From assembly GCA_045653705.1 (NCBI GenBank), contig JAZOMG010000052.1, positions 31,877 through 95,876 on the forward strand: 64,000 nt of DNA, given 5' to 3'. The translations under genes and the position numbers were made by a program. This stretch comes from Eubacteriales bacterium (lineage in GTDB: Bacteria; Bacillota; Clostridia; Oscillospirales; CAG-272). Under the pieces are notes generated by a model. That model had not been told where the DNA came from. It saw only the letters and a list, made by a program, of their open reading frames with translations, and did not search any database. Positions 1-8,799 of the stretch are shown in pieces. Numbering within the stretch: position 1 is the first letter of the stretch; each line of letters opens with the position of its first letter.

Positions 1-338
1 TTGTGCAACAGCTCCTTAAAAAGATAGGAATTTTCGAAGCTTTCAAAGAATCTTGTCTTAAAGGGCAGAGTGCCGTCTGGCGTTCTGAAATGCACCCAAT
101 AAAAGCCCACGTCATTCGTTTGCCGAGTACCCTTTCGGGTAACGTATGGGGGAAGAATGAAAAGCTCTCCCGCCTTTGCGTGTACCTCGTTATCACCCCA
201 CGACATATACACCTCGCCCTTGGTAACGTATATTATCTCAAAGGAGTCTTCTGTACGCTCGGGGTGTATCCATTCTCCGTCTAGCTGAAAAAGCCCCGCG
301 TATGAAAAGCTGTAATTTGGATTTATAATGTTATTCAT
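1..338 (-). CDS. AraC-family transcriptional regulator, N-terminal cupin/effector domain only (rest of gene lies left of the window)
   Basis: Not in the ORF track because it runs off the window. My reverse translation from ATG (336-338) gives MNNIINPNYSFSYAGLFQLDGEWIHPERTEDSFEIIYVTKGEVYMSWGDNEVHAKAGELFILPPYVTRKGTRQTNDVGFYWVHF..., open to position 1. This is a typical AraC N-terminal cupin pattern. The gene is divergent from a glycosidase gene. Confidence 0.6.
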   Translation of the reverse strand, partial: MNNIINPNYSFSYAGLFQLDGEWIHPERTEDSFEIIYVTKGEVYMSWGDNEVHAKAGELFILPPYVTRKGTRQTNDVGFYWVHFRTPDGTLPFKTRFFESFENSYLFKELLH

Positions 339-460
339 ATCGGTTTTTCCTACCTTATGTCGTGTTTTTGGGATTGACATTCCTTTTAGGATATTATACA
401 ATATATCTGTAAATAAATCAAGCACTTAGAGATATTTATAGAATTTATGGGGGATATTTT

Positions 461-2272
461 ATGAAAACCTTTGACAGAGGCGCCGTCAAGCTTACCGATG
501 GATATCTTTTTGACAAGCAGGAATTAAATCGGAAAATAACGGTCGGAGCGGTATATGACCGCTTTTACGAAACAGGCAGAATAGACGCCTTTAAGTTTGG
601 ATGGCGTGAGGGAGACGATAAAAAGCCTCACATTTTTTGGGATAGTGACGTGGCAAAATGGATGGAAGGAGCGGCTTATATACTTGCCGACCACCCCGAT
701 GCCGCCCTTGAAGCCAAGGTGGACAGCATCGTTGCCGATATAAAGAAAAATCAACAGCCCGACGGTTATTTCAATATCTACTTTACCGTGGTTGAGCCGG
801 GTCAGAGATTTACTAACCGTGACCGCCACGAGCTTTATTGCGCGGGGCATCTTATGGAAGCGGCGGTAGCCCTTGATAAATATCTTGGAAAGGGCGAGCT
901 TCTTGAATGTATGGATAGGTACGCCGATTGCATAAAGCGAGAATTTATAGAAAACAAGACCGCAAGCTTCTCCACCCCCGGGCACGAGGAGATAGAGCTT
1001 GCCCTCGTCCGTATGTACGACCACACGGGAAATAAAAAATATCTTGATATGGCGGCATTCTTTATCAATACACGGGGAGCTGTTGAGGAGCAGATGCAGG
1101 GCTTTTACGACCAGAGCCATCTGCCTGTAAGGGAGCAAAGCGAGGCGGTGGGTCACGCCGTTCGGGCTATGTATCTCTATACAGGTATGGCGCGTCTTGC
1201 TAAAGAAACCGCGGATGAGGCTCTCATTTCGGCTTGCAAAAGGCTTTGGGCTGACGCCACCGAGAAGAAGATGTACGTAACGGGAGGTTTAGGCTCTACT
1301 CATGTAGGAGAAGCCTTTACCGTGGCATACGATATGCCAAACGACACGGCGTACACCGAAACCTGTGCCGCCATAGGTCTTATGTTCTTCGCCAACGCAA
1401 TGCAGGCGATAGACAATGACGCAAGGTATGCCGATATTACCGAGAGGGCTATGTATAACGGAATGATGTCGGGCGTATCTCTTGACGGAAAGGCGTTTTT
1501 CTATGAAAATCCCCTTGAAATAAATTTATTCGAGCGCTTCAGCGTTGATGGTAACGGAAGAAGCTTTAAGGCAATGACCCGCAGATTGCCTATTACAGAG
1601 AGAGTAGAGTGCTTTAAATGCTCCTGCTGTCCCCCCAACATAGTAAGGCTTTTCCCGTCCTTTGGCAATTATATATACGGCTGTGAGGACAGCACCCTTT
1701 ATATAAATCAGTTTGCGTCATCCACACTTTGTGAAAATGGCGTTGAGTGCGTTATGACTACCGATTATCCCCGAAGCGGCGTTGTGTCGGTGAGGGCTAA
1801 GGGCGTAGATAAGGTGGCTATCCGTATACCCTCGTGGTGTAAGGAATTTAAGCTGAATATGCCCTATACCGTTCAAAAGGGATATGCCGTGGTAGAATAC
1901 AGCGGCGAGGAGCTTATAGCCGAGATGGATATGACGGCGAGAGCCGTTTGGGCAGACCCTCGCGTAAGACGGGATGCGGGCAGGCTTTGCGTGACCCGCG
2001 GACCTATGGTCTATTGTGCCGAGGGCGTTGACAACGGCAACGACCTGCACCGCTTTTCTGTTCCGTCCGAGCTTAACTGTGAGGAAAAGGAAAACAACGA
2101 GTTTGGTTTGCCTGTCTTGGAGATAGACGCCTACGAGTCGGTAGTAACCGACAGCGGTCTTTACACCTACCGCGCCCCCGAAAAGAAAAAGACGAGGCTT
2201 ACCCTTATTCCGTACAGCTGCTTTGCCAACAGAGGCGAGAGCGATATGCTCGTTTGGCTGAGAGAAGACTGA
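461..2272 (+). CDS. Glycoside hydrolase family 127 (beta-L-arabinofuranosidase, DUF1680/HypBA1-like)
   Basis: 603 aa. The N-terminal ...LTDGYLFDKQELNRK... and the Cys cluster ECFKCSCCPPNIVRL are typical of the GH127 Zn/Cys catalytic site. Confidence 0.8.
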   Translation: MKTFDRGAVKLTDGYLFDKQELNRKITVGAVYDRFYETGRIDAFKFGWREGDDKKPHIFWDSDVAKWMEGAAYILADHPDAALEAKVDSIVADIKKNQQPDGYFNIYFTVVEPGQRFTNRDRHELYCAGHLMEAAVALDKYLGKGELLECMDRYADCIKREFIENKTASFSTPGHEEIELALVRMYDHTGNKKYLDMAAFFINTRGAVEEQMQGFYDQSHLPVREQSEAVGHAVRAMYLYTGMARLAKETADEALISACKRLWADATEKKMYVTGGLGSTHVGEAFTVAYDMPNDTAYTETCAAIGLMFFANAMQAIDNDARYADITERAMYNGMMSGVSLDGKAFFYENPLEINLFERFSVDGNGRSFKAMTRRLPITERVECFKCSCCPPNIVRLFPSFGNYIYGCEDSTLYINQFASSTLCENGVECVMTTDYPRSGVVSVRAKGVDKVAIRIPSWCKEFKLNMPYTVQKGYAVVEYSGEELIAEMDMTARAVWADPRVRRDAGRLCVTRGPMVYCAEGVDNGNDLHRFSVPSELNCEEKENNEFGLPVLEIDAYESVVTDSGLYTYRAPEKKKTRLTLIPYSCFANRGESDMLVWLRED

Positions 2273-2283
2273 TAAATGCAGAA

Positions 2284-2357
2284 TTCTTTTTGCCTGACGG
2301 CAAAAGCCACGAACTTCTTTTCGCCTGCGGCGAAAGCCACGAACTCACGTTCGTGGG
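2284..2357. repeat. Tandem ~30-nt hairpin units TTTT(T/C)GCC-N3-4-GGC(A/G)AAAG-CCACGAAC (family 1)
   Basis: Two consecutive units plus the CCACGAAC-TCA-CGTTCGTGG hairpin. The same two-unit arrangement recurs at 15544-15607 and single hairpins at 2657-2676, 23240-23260 and 37117-37136. Confidence 0.8.
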
Positions 2358-2381
2358 CAAAAGCCCAAACAAACTTTTAGC

Positions 2382-2639
2382 GTGTCATCCTGAGCGGAGC
2401 GATAGCGAAGTCGAACTTTTGGACGGACTTGTTCGTCCAAAAGCAAGAGCCGTAGGCTCGCAGGGATCTCCTTTGACTTTTCCGTGTCTTTCCTTGTAGT
2501 AAGTAACATTTGTGTTGTGTTGCCATAGACTTCGGTTATCCATAAGAGATCCTGCCTCGCAGGCTCGGCACTCTCCTTACGTCCAGTTCGCCTACGCAAA
2601 CAATTCACAGGATTGTTTGCTTCGCTCAGGATGACACAC
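2382..2639. repeat. ~260-bp imperfect palindromic element bounded by inverted GTGTCATCCTGAGCG termini (MITE-like, family 2)
   Basis: GTGTCATCCTGAGCG at 2382-2396 and its reverse complement CGCTCAGGATGACAC(AC) at 2623-2639. The internal arms are also partly inverted (GAGCCGTAGGCTCGCAGGGATCTC / GAGATCCTGCCTCGCAGGCTC). No credible ORF. Confidence 0.7.
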
Positions 2640-2722
2640 AGAGTGTTTATTTTGGACTTTTGCCATTAGGCAAAAAGGTTCAGTGATGACATATAGAATG
2701 GCTGTTAGGGGATTTCATTAAT

Positions 2723-2757
2723 ACAATAGCGGGAGGCTGTCAGCCTCCCGCTATTGT
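2723..2757 (-). terminator. GC-rich stem-loop just downstream of the AEC transporter gene
   Basis: ACAATAGCGGGAGGCTGTCAGCCTCCCGCTATTGT is a perfect long stem. The U-tract is weak. Confidence 0.45.
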
Positions 2758-2758
2758 A

Positions 2759-3721
2759 TTACAGCTCCAAAAGCTTCTGCGCCACGAACATAACGCAGGG
2801 CATCGTTATGACCGAGAACAGTGAGGTAGTTCCCACCGCCTGAGCCGAGAATTTAGGATTGATATCGTAAAGCTCGGAGAGCATGGTTACCGTTGTGGCG
2901 CTGGGCATAGAGGTAACAGCCGCCGCAAAAAGTATCCAATTATCAAGTCCGATAAGCTTTAGCGCTCCGCAAACGATAAGGGGAACTAAAATAAGCCTTA
3001 CCGCCGACAGATAGTAGAGCTTACCCGAGCAGAATATCTGCTTTAGCGAGCAGGTAGCCAAAAGCGCGCCGATAATAAACATAGATATAGGCGTGCATAT
3101 TGATGCCGTAATGTCAAAGCTTTTCATTACGAATACGGGGAAATTGAAAAATGGCTTACAGCAAACGTAAAGTATAAATCCGATAAGACAGGGAACTGTA
3201 CCGAAGTTTAAAAGTCTTCTGGGGGTCAGGCGAATGTCCTTTCTCTTGCGGGCAAGTATCATAATACCCCAAGTCCAGAGAAATACGTTGAAGCTTACGA
3301 TAAAGAATGCTCCCATAAATTCTCCCTCGTCACCGAAAAGAGATTTGAGTATGGGTATACCGAGAAAGCCTACGTTTCCGAAGATAGCCGAAAACTCGGT
3401 GAGCTTCTGCTCGTCAATATCCTTAAAGCCCCTGAACGCGAAAAATGACAAAATAGCCATAAAAATATGTACGCCAAAGCCGAATGCGAGGGTTTTGAAG
3501 CCCAACGACAGCTTTTCCGCGGAGAAGTCCATTTTGATAAGGGCGTTGATGATAAGGGCGGGCTGACCTATCTTTATAATTAGGGCGGACAGTCTTTTGG
3601 ATGCAACGCCGTCAACTATCTTCGTTTTGCCCGCAACAAAGCCAACCATAAGCAAAACGAAGAAGGCGAGTATCATATTGAAAAAGTCGGTAAACTGACG
3701 TATAAAATTTATAAATTCCAT
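2759..3721 (-). CDS. AEC (auxin efflux carrier) family transporter
   Basis: 320 aa polytopic membrane protein with the N-terminal pattern ...MILAFFVLLMVGFVAGKTKI...IIKIGQPALI typical of AEC permeases. Its start overlaps the UDG stop (TAATG). Confidence 0.75.
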   Translation of the reverse strand: MEFINFIRQFTDFFNMILAFFVLLMVGFVAGKTKIVDGVASKRLSALIIKIGQPALIINALIKMDFSAEKLSLGFKTLAFGFGVHIFMAILSFFAFRGFKDIDEQKLTEFSAIFGNVGFLGIPILKSLFGDEGEFMGAFFIVSFNVFLWTWGIMILARKRKDIRLTPRRLLNFGTVPCLIGFILYVCCKPFFNFPVFVMKSFDITASICTPISMFIIGALLATCSLKQIFCSGKLYYLSAVRLILVPLIVCGALKLIGLDNWILFAAAVTSMPSATTVTMLSELYDINPKFSAQAVGTTSLFSVITMPCVMFVAQKLLEL

Positions 3722-4287
3722 TATTCAGCCCCTCTTATCTCGTCAAGCTTTTCCTTTATTTTCTTCATATCCGCAAGCATATCCTCTTTCTTTCGGGGGT
3801 CGCGGAGAAGAAGAGCGGGGTGGTAGACCGCCGTTATAAGGAAATTACCCTTTTGTACCCACTCGCCGTGTTCCTTGGTTATCTTGTAGTCGGGGCGGAT
3901 AAGGCGCATTGCGGATATTCTGCCGAGACAAACTATTATTTTGGGGTTGATAAGCTTGACCTGACGGCGAAGAAACTCAATGCAGGCATCTTCCTCGGCG
4001 GGAAGCGGGTCGCGGTTCTTGGGCGGACGGCATTTCAGAATATTGGCTATGTAAACGTCCTCGCGGGGAATATCCACAGCGTAAAAATATTTGTCGAGAA
4101 GCTGTCCCGCTCTGCCCACAAAGGGCGTGCCTGTTTTGTCCTCGTTATCTCCGGGGGCTTCTCCTATAAATAGAATGTCTGCCTTTTGGTTTCCCGTACC
4201 GAAAACGCAATTTGTTCTTGTTTTTGAAAGCTCACAGGCAGTGCAGACTCTGCACTCCTCATAGAGCCTTTCCCACGTATCGTTCAT
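3721..4287 (-). CDS. Uracil-DNA glycosylase, family 4 (Fe-S type)
   Basis: 188 aa with CRVCTACEL...FGTGN...ILFIGEAPG..ED..G.PFVG.AGQLL...ANILKCRPP.NR.P motifs. Confidence 0.9.
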   Translation of the reverse strand: MNDTWERLYEECRVCTACELSKTRTNCVFGTGNQKADILFIGEAPGDNEDKTGTPFVGRAGQLLDKYFYAVDIPREDVYIANILKCRPPKNRDPLPAEEDACIEFLRRQVKLINPKIIVCLGRISAMRLIRPDYKITKEHGEWVQKGNFLITAVYHPALLLRDPRKKEDMLADMKKIKEKLDEIRGAE

Positions 4288-4305
4288 TTTGTCACCTGTA
4301 TTATC

Positions 4306-5565
4306 TTATTTTTTTATTACTCTGCATTCCATATAGTATCTCTTGTCCTCGGCGTGACCCATAGAAAAGGTTTTGCGGGGAAGCGCGCCGTCAAACATAA
4401 CGGTGGGGAAGAGAGCATCCTTTGTCATTCCCGAGAAAAGGAAGCCTATGGAATTTTCTTTTTTTGTCAGAGCTCTTACAGAGCCCTCGCCGTGAATGTA
4501 GTCTACCTCAGCCCCCGAGTGGGTCTTTATGTAGCTGTCTATAAAGTCTTGAAGCGTGCCTACCGTCAGTTGCTTTTCGGGGTGGGAAGCGCACAGCTCA
4601 CCCTCGGTGTTTCCGTAAATATAGGTCATACTCTGCGCCGCCGCGTCACCCGAAAGCCGCGCAACGTAAGCCGAAAGCTCAGAGAGAACGTCCTCGGGGT
4701 CAACGCCGAACATAACTCGGTAGATAGGCTCGAACTTCAGCGCGCTGTCGTGGATATTCACCACCTCAACGAGAGCGTAGCGGGCGGGGTGGTCCTTTGC
4801 CGCCTCACAGCCTATTGCCGCCTTTACCTCCTCATACGCCGCCTTGGCGGATGCGAGAGAGTGGTTTCCGTCACCGACTGCGAAGAGAAGAGGCGCAAGT
4901 CCGTCCTTTCCGTATTTCGCCTTTATTGCCTCGGGAGAAATAAGAGCGTCAAGGGCGTTGCCCACGCTTGCCTTTTCTTCCTCGGTCAAAAATCTGCCCG
5001 TTATATGACCGCCACCAAGCATAAGCTCTGTGTCGTAGGCGGCTTGTCCGTTTCCGTTTATGAGGGGCTCGATAACCGTTCCGTCGGGGTCGTCCACAAG
5101 AAGCATAACGTGAGGAAGCTCGATGCAGGCGTCACGTCTTATAGCGACTCTCGGCGGTATTCTTTCGATTACGGTGGCTTCGGTAGCTCTTATGAGAGAG
5201 GAAGCGCCTCGGCTGTAATCGTAGGCTTCAAGGTCAACGGCGAGAACTATTCCTCGGCGTATGCCTCCGTCCGATTGCTCTCTTTCCACGTATATCATAG
5301 AATCCTTGTGGCAAACAAGGGTGTCCGACAGATACTTTTTCATAGTCTCGTTTATGACGGGTATCCTATCCTTTCCCTCGGACAGATAGACCTCGGGAAG
5401 AATGAGATTGAGGGTAGAGGGCTTGTCCCCCACGGCGGCTTTTGCCTTTTCCCAATATTCGGGCTCGCTTGTGAACTGGTCGCAAGCTATCACAGCCCAC
5501 GCCGAAAGGTCGGCGCTTGCCGTATCGGGCAATAAAATATCAGCGGGTGAATAACATTTTTTCAT
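4306..5565 (-). CDS. DUF1015 family protein
   Basis: 419 aa. The pattern ...ACDQFTSEPEYW...IRATEATVIERIPPR... and the length fit DUF1015. The antisense 393-aa ORF is a shadow. Confidence 0.6.
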   Translation of the reverse strand: MKKCYSPADILLPDTASADLSAWAVIACDQFTSEPEYWEKAKAAVGDKPSTLNLILPEVYLSEGKDRIPVINETMKKYLSDTLVCHKDSMIYVEREQSDGGIRRGIVLAVDLEAYDYSRGASSLIRATEATVIERIPPRVAIRRDACIELPHVMLLVDDPDGTVIEPLINGNGQAAYDTELMLGGGHITGRFLTEEEKASVGNALDALISPEAIKAKYGKDGLAPLLFAVGDGNHSLASAKAAYEEVKAAIGCEAAKDHPARYALVEVVNIHDSALKFEPIYRVMFGVDPEDVLSELSAYVARLSGDAAAQSMTYIYGNTEGELCASHPEKQLTVGTLQDFIDSYIKTHSGAEVDYIHGEGSVRALTKKENSIGFLFSGMTKDALFPTVMFDGALPRKTFSMGHAEDKRYYMECRVIKK

Positions 5566-6395
5566 ACTGTTCTCTCTTTCTGCGGTAAGAATTTTTCAAA
5601 TATAGTGTGGTATCCAAGCCGTCTGCAAGCCATATGCTCCTTGGGAGTTTTTACAGTCCATACAAAGCCCTTGGCGTGAAAGGCTTTTGTGCATAAAAGG
5701 AAGCTCGGATTTCTTTTTTTAGTTTGATTTATAGCGATAAAGTCGGGTCGCGAGATGAAATTCATAAGCATGTTGGAAAGCAAAAAGCTAAGAATAAGCG
5801 CGCCCCGTCTGCCCTTTTCAAGCCTACCTGTAACAAGCTGTCCTCTGGCGTAGGACGGGCGGTATTTTTTAAACCAGCTCAAAATAATGGGGCTAAAGGA
5901 TTCAACGCAGAACGCCCCTCTGTAGGTGTCCAGCATATCCGATGCCTTTCGGCAGAGCAGAGGCTCGGGGGCTTCTCCCTTTACCTCGATAAGAAGCGGA
6001 ACGCGTCCGTGTATCAGCCTGAGGACCTCGGCAAGGGTTGGTATTCTTTCGTTCGTGCCCCTCAGAGTAAGCGCCTTTAGCTCCTTTAGGGTCAGGTCGC
6101 ACACCCGCCTGTCCACACCGCACATTCTTTTCAGGTCGTCATCGTGGAATACCACGATACGCTTATCCTTTGACAGCCTTATATCAAGCTCTATTCCAAA
6201 GCCCTGCCTTGCCGCGTTCTCAAAAGCCGAAAGAGAATTTTCGGGGAAGCGGTCGTTCCACAGCCCTCTGTGGGCGTAACTGCAGGAAAGCAGCTCCATA
6301 TCGGCAGCGCCCGAAAGTCGGGGGGAGATAAGAAAAAGATAGATAAGAGCTATAATAGCGATTATAAATACGGCTATACCGAGATAGACCGTCAT
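5562..6395 (-). CDS. Glycerophosphodiester phosphodiesterase family protein (N-terminal TM anchor)
   Basis: YAHRGLW...ENSLSAFENAARQGFGIELDIRLSKDKRIVVFHDDDL is the GDPD signature. 4-nt overlaps with both neighbours. Confidence 0.85.
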   Translation of the reverse strand: MTVYLGIAVFIIAIIALIYLFLISPRLSGAADMELLSCSYAHRGLWNDRFPENSLSAFENAARQGFGIELDIRLSKDKRIVVFHDDDLKRMCGVDRRVCDLTLKELKALTLRGTNERIPTLAEVLRLIHGRVPLLIEVKGEAPEPLLCRKASDMLDTYRGAFCVESFSPIILSWFKKYRPSYARGQLVTGRLEKGRRGALILSFLLSNMLMNFISRPDFIAINQTKKRNPSFLLCTKAFHAKGFVWTVKTPKEHMACRRLGYHTIFEKFLPQKERTV

Positions 6396-6964
6396 AAGCT
6401 CTTCCTTTCGGATAAAAGCTTTTGCGCTCTCAGGGCGGCTACCTGTGTTTTGGCGTCGGGAACCTCGCCCCTCATAACCATATCCACAAGCTCGTCAAGA
6501 GGAATACGCACAGTCTCGATAAATTCATCCTCATCGGGGTCGGTATCTCCAAAGGTAAGCTGTTCTGCCATATACATATGGATACATTCGTCAAGTATTG
6601 CGGGAGAGCCGAGGAATCTTCCGAGATAGGTGAGCCTGTCGCAGACAGCTCCCGTTTCCTCGCGAAGCTCGCGGCGCACAGCCCCCTCGGGGTCTTCGCC
6701 CTTGTAGTCAAGCTTACCCGCGGGTATCTCCAAAAGCACCTCTGCCACGGGGTAGCGGTACTGACGTACGCATATGACCTCTCCCTCATCGGTGATGGGA
6801 ATAACGCAGACAGCGCCAATGTGGCGGTTGTATTCTCTGTACGCAGGCTTACCGTCGGGCAGAGTTATCTCATCGCGGTATACGTGAAGTATATTTCCGT
6901 CGTATATAAGCCTTGACGAAACCTCTTTTTCAACAAACTTAGAAATATCCTCGGAAAATTTCAT
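6392..6964 (-). CDS. NUDIX hydrolase (ADP-ribose pyrophosphatase-like)
   Basis: Nudix box GKLDYKGEDPEGAVRRELREETG. I prefer the start at MKFSEDI (ATG 6962-6964) over the track start at 7024. Confidence 0.85.
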   Translation of the reverse strand: MKFSEDISKFVEKEVSSRLIYDGNILHVYRDEITLPDGKPAYREYNRHIGAVCVIPITDEGEVICVRQYRYPVAEVLLEIPAGKLDYKGEDPEGAVRRELREETGAVCDRLTYLGRFLGSPAILDECIHMYMAEQLTFGDTDPDEDEFIETVRIPLDELVDMVMRGEVPDAKTQVAALRAQKLLSERKSL

Positions 6965-7044
6965 AACCGTCTCCCAATAAAAAATATCACCTATAATTAT
7001 ACAACAAAAGCCGTGTAAAATCAAGGTATAATAACAAAATTCAC

Positions 7045-7073
7045 TTGATTTACCTTAAAATATATGATACAAT
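7045..7073 (+). promoter_or_regulatory. Sigma-A-type promoter upstream of rnhA (and possibly the aro operon)
   Basis: TTGATT (7045-7050), 17-nt spacer, TACAAT (7068-7073) preceded by TGA (extended -10). Confidence 0.45.
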
Positions 7074-7111
7074 ATAGTATATCATAGTATATCGATTAAC
7101 GGGGGTGTTTT

Positions 7112-7546
7112 ATGAAGCACGTGGATATATATACCGATGGAGCGTGTCGGGGAAATCCCGGCAAGGGGGGCTATGGAGCTATCCTTGTATACGGCGGCAG
7201 AGAAAAGGAGCTGTCTGGGGGAGAGGCGCTTACCACCAATAACCGCATGGAGCTTATGGCGGCTATCGTTGCTATGGAGGCCTTGAGAGAGCCCTGCGAT
7301 ATTACTCTTACGTCGGATTCAAAATACCTTACCGACGCTATAAATAAGGGCTGGCTTCAGTCGTGGAAGCGAAACGGCTGGAAAAAGGCCGATAAAAAGC
7401 CTGTGCTCAATTCTGAGCTTTGGGAGAGGATAGACAGGCTTTTGTCTGTCCATACCGTCCGCTTTGTGTGGGTACACGGTCATGCGGGTCACGAGTATAA
7501 CGAAAGGTGCGACAGGCTGGCTACCGAGTTTGCCGACAGCCTGTGA
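7112..7546 (+). CDS. rnhA: Ribonuclease HI
   Basis: 144 aa. [16 protein letters not shown]...TTNNRMEL.A...L...D.SKY......GW...WK.NGW....K.V.N..LW...[16 protein letters not shown]. Confidence 0.93.
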   Translation: MKHVDIYTDGACRGNPGKGGYGAILVYGGREKELSGGEALTTNNRMELMAAIVAMEALREPCDITLTSDSKYLTDAINKGWLQSWKRNGWKKADKKPVLNSELWERIDRLLSVHTVRFVWVHGHAGHEYNERCDRLATEFADSL

Positions 7547-7740
7547 GGGGCTTGCCTATATTATATACAGACAGAGCTTTTTCTCGAAAACAAAGAGCCT
7601 CTGCTCTTTGAATTAGACCAAATAATAGAAGCCCTTGGGGAATACCGAAGCGCCATTGCTGACGGCGACGGCGACAGACTTCGTTCTCTTTTGAGAGAGG
7701 GACGAGAGGCAAAGGAAAAAATAGACGGATAGGAGCGAAT

Positions 7741-8799
7741 ATGAAAAAAATAAGGGTCAACGCATCGCGCTCATACGAAATAATAATAGGCGAGGGAATA
7801 CTGAAAGAGGCGGGGAAATACTGCCTGTCGGCGCTTGGAGCGCCCTGTCGGCTGTGCATACTCACCGACGACAACGTAGCTCCCCTGTATCTTGAAGCGA
7901 TGAGGGCTTCCCTTTGTGGGTCGGGATTTGAGTGTATAGAATATATAATTCCCAACGGAGAAGCGTCAAAAAGCACCGAAAGCCTTGTGGGGCTTGTGGA
8001 ATTTATGGCTGAGAACGCCCTGACAAGAAGCGACGCTCTCGTTGCTCTCGGCGGCGGCGTTGTGGGCGACCTTGGGGGCTTTGCGGCGGCTGTTTATCTG
8101 AGGGGAATCAGATTTGTTCAGATGCCTACCACACTTCTTTCCGCTGTGGATTCCTCGGTGGGTGGCAAGACCGCGGTAGACCTAAGGGCGGGGAAGAACC
8201 TTATGGGGGCGTTTTCACAGCCCTCATTGGTGCTTTGCGACCCGTCTACGCTTGACACTCTGCCCCCCGAGATATTCGCGGACGGCTGCGCCGAGGTCAT
8301 AAAATACGGGGTTATCAATGACAGAGCTTTTTTTGACAGCCTTAAGGTCGGCATACGCGGGCAGATAGAGGACGTTATCGCCGCTTGCGTGAAAAACAAG
8401 GCGGATATTGTTGAAAGAGATGAATTTGACAGAGGGGAGCGTCAGCTTCTTAACCTCGGTCATACCGTAGGTCACGCTATCGAGCTTTCCTCGGGACTTA
8501 CAATATCCCACGGAAGCGCGGTGGCTGTGGGAATGGTAATAGCTACCCGCGGGGCGGTCAAAATGGGCATATGTCCGCAAAAGGACCTTGATGAGCTTAT
8601 AGAGGCAATAGAGCGGGCGGGGCTTCCCACCTCTTGCGACTTTAGCGCGGAAGAGCTTGCTTGCGCCGCTCTTAAGGATAAAAAGAGGGCGGGGGATAGC
8701 ATAAGCCTCGTTCTGCCCTACGGCATCGGTGATTGCAGACTTTACAGCCTACCTGTGTCCGAGCTTGAGAGCTTTATTTTGCGAGGACTTGACAAATGA
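7741..8799 (+). CDS. aroB: 3-dehydroquinate synthase
   Basis: GGGVVGDLGGFAAAVYLRGIRFVQMPTTLLSAVDSSVGGKTAVDL and the HGHTVGHAIE-type metal-site motifs. Confidence 0.93.
   Translation: MKKIRVNASRSYEIIIGEGILKEAGKYCLSALGAPCRLCILTDDNVAPLYLEAMRASLCGSGFECIEYIIPNGEASKSTESLVGLVEFMAENALTRSDALVALGGGVVGDLGGFAAAVYLRGIRFVQMPTTLLSAVDSSVGGKTAVDLRAGKNLMGAFSQPSLVLCDPSTLDTLPPEIFADGCAEVIKYGVINDRAFFDSLKVGIRGQIEDVIAACVKNKADIVERDEFDRGERQLLNLGHTVGHAIELSSGLTISHGSAVAVGMVIATRGAVKMGICPQKDLDELIEAIERAGLPTSCDFSAEELACAALKDKKRAGDSISLVLPYGIGDCRLYSLPVSELESFILRGLDK

Noticed and set aside
2273-2700. The repeated hairpins here (and at 15531-15607) were checked as a possible CRISPR array.
   Set aside because: The units are individually palindromic, not separated by regular unique spacers of constant length, occur at most twice in tandem, and no cas genes are present.
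4354-5535. Long antisense ORFs opposite well-identified genes. Examples are 4354-5535 (+), 10525-11448 (-), 11476-12459 (-), 32211-32945 (+), 40258-41139 (-), 41140-41967 (-), 43360-44163 (-), 54397-55320 (-), 61103-62398 (-) and 63243-63962 (-).
   Set aside because: Each lies fully inside a gene with unambiguous family motifs on the other strand. Their products are Arg/Ser/Cys/His-rich low-complexity strings without RBSs, typical of shadow ORFs.
7544-7546. The rnhA TGA was considered as a selenocysteine codon.
   Set aside because: No SECIS-like stem-loop follows immediately downstream, and RNase HI normally ends at this position (..NERCD.LA....). The open downstream frame is kept only as a low-priority finding.
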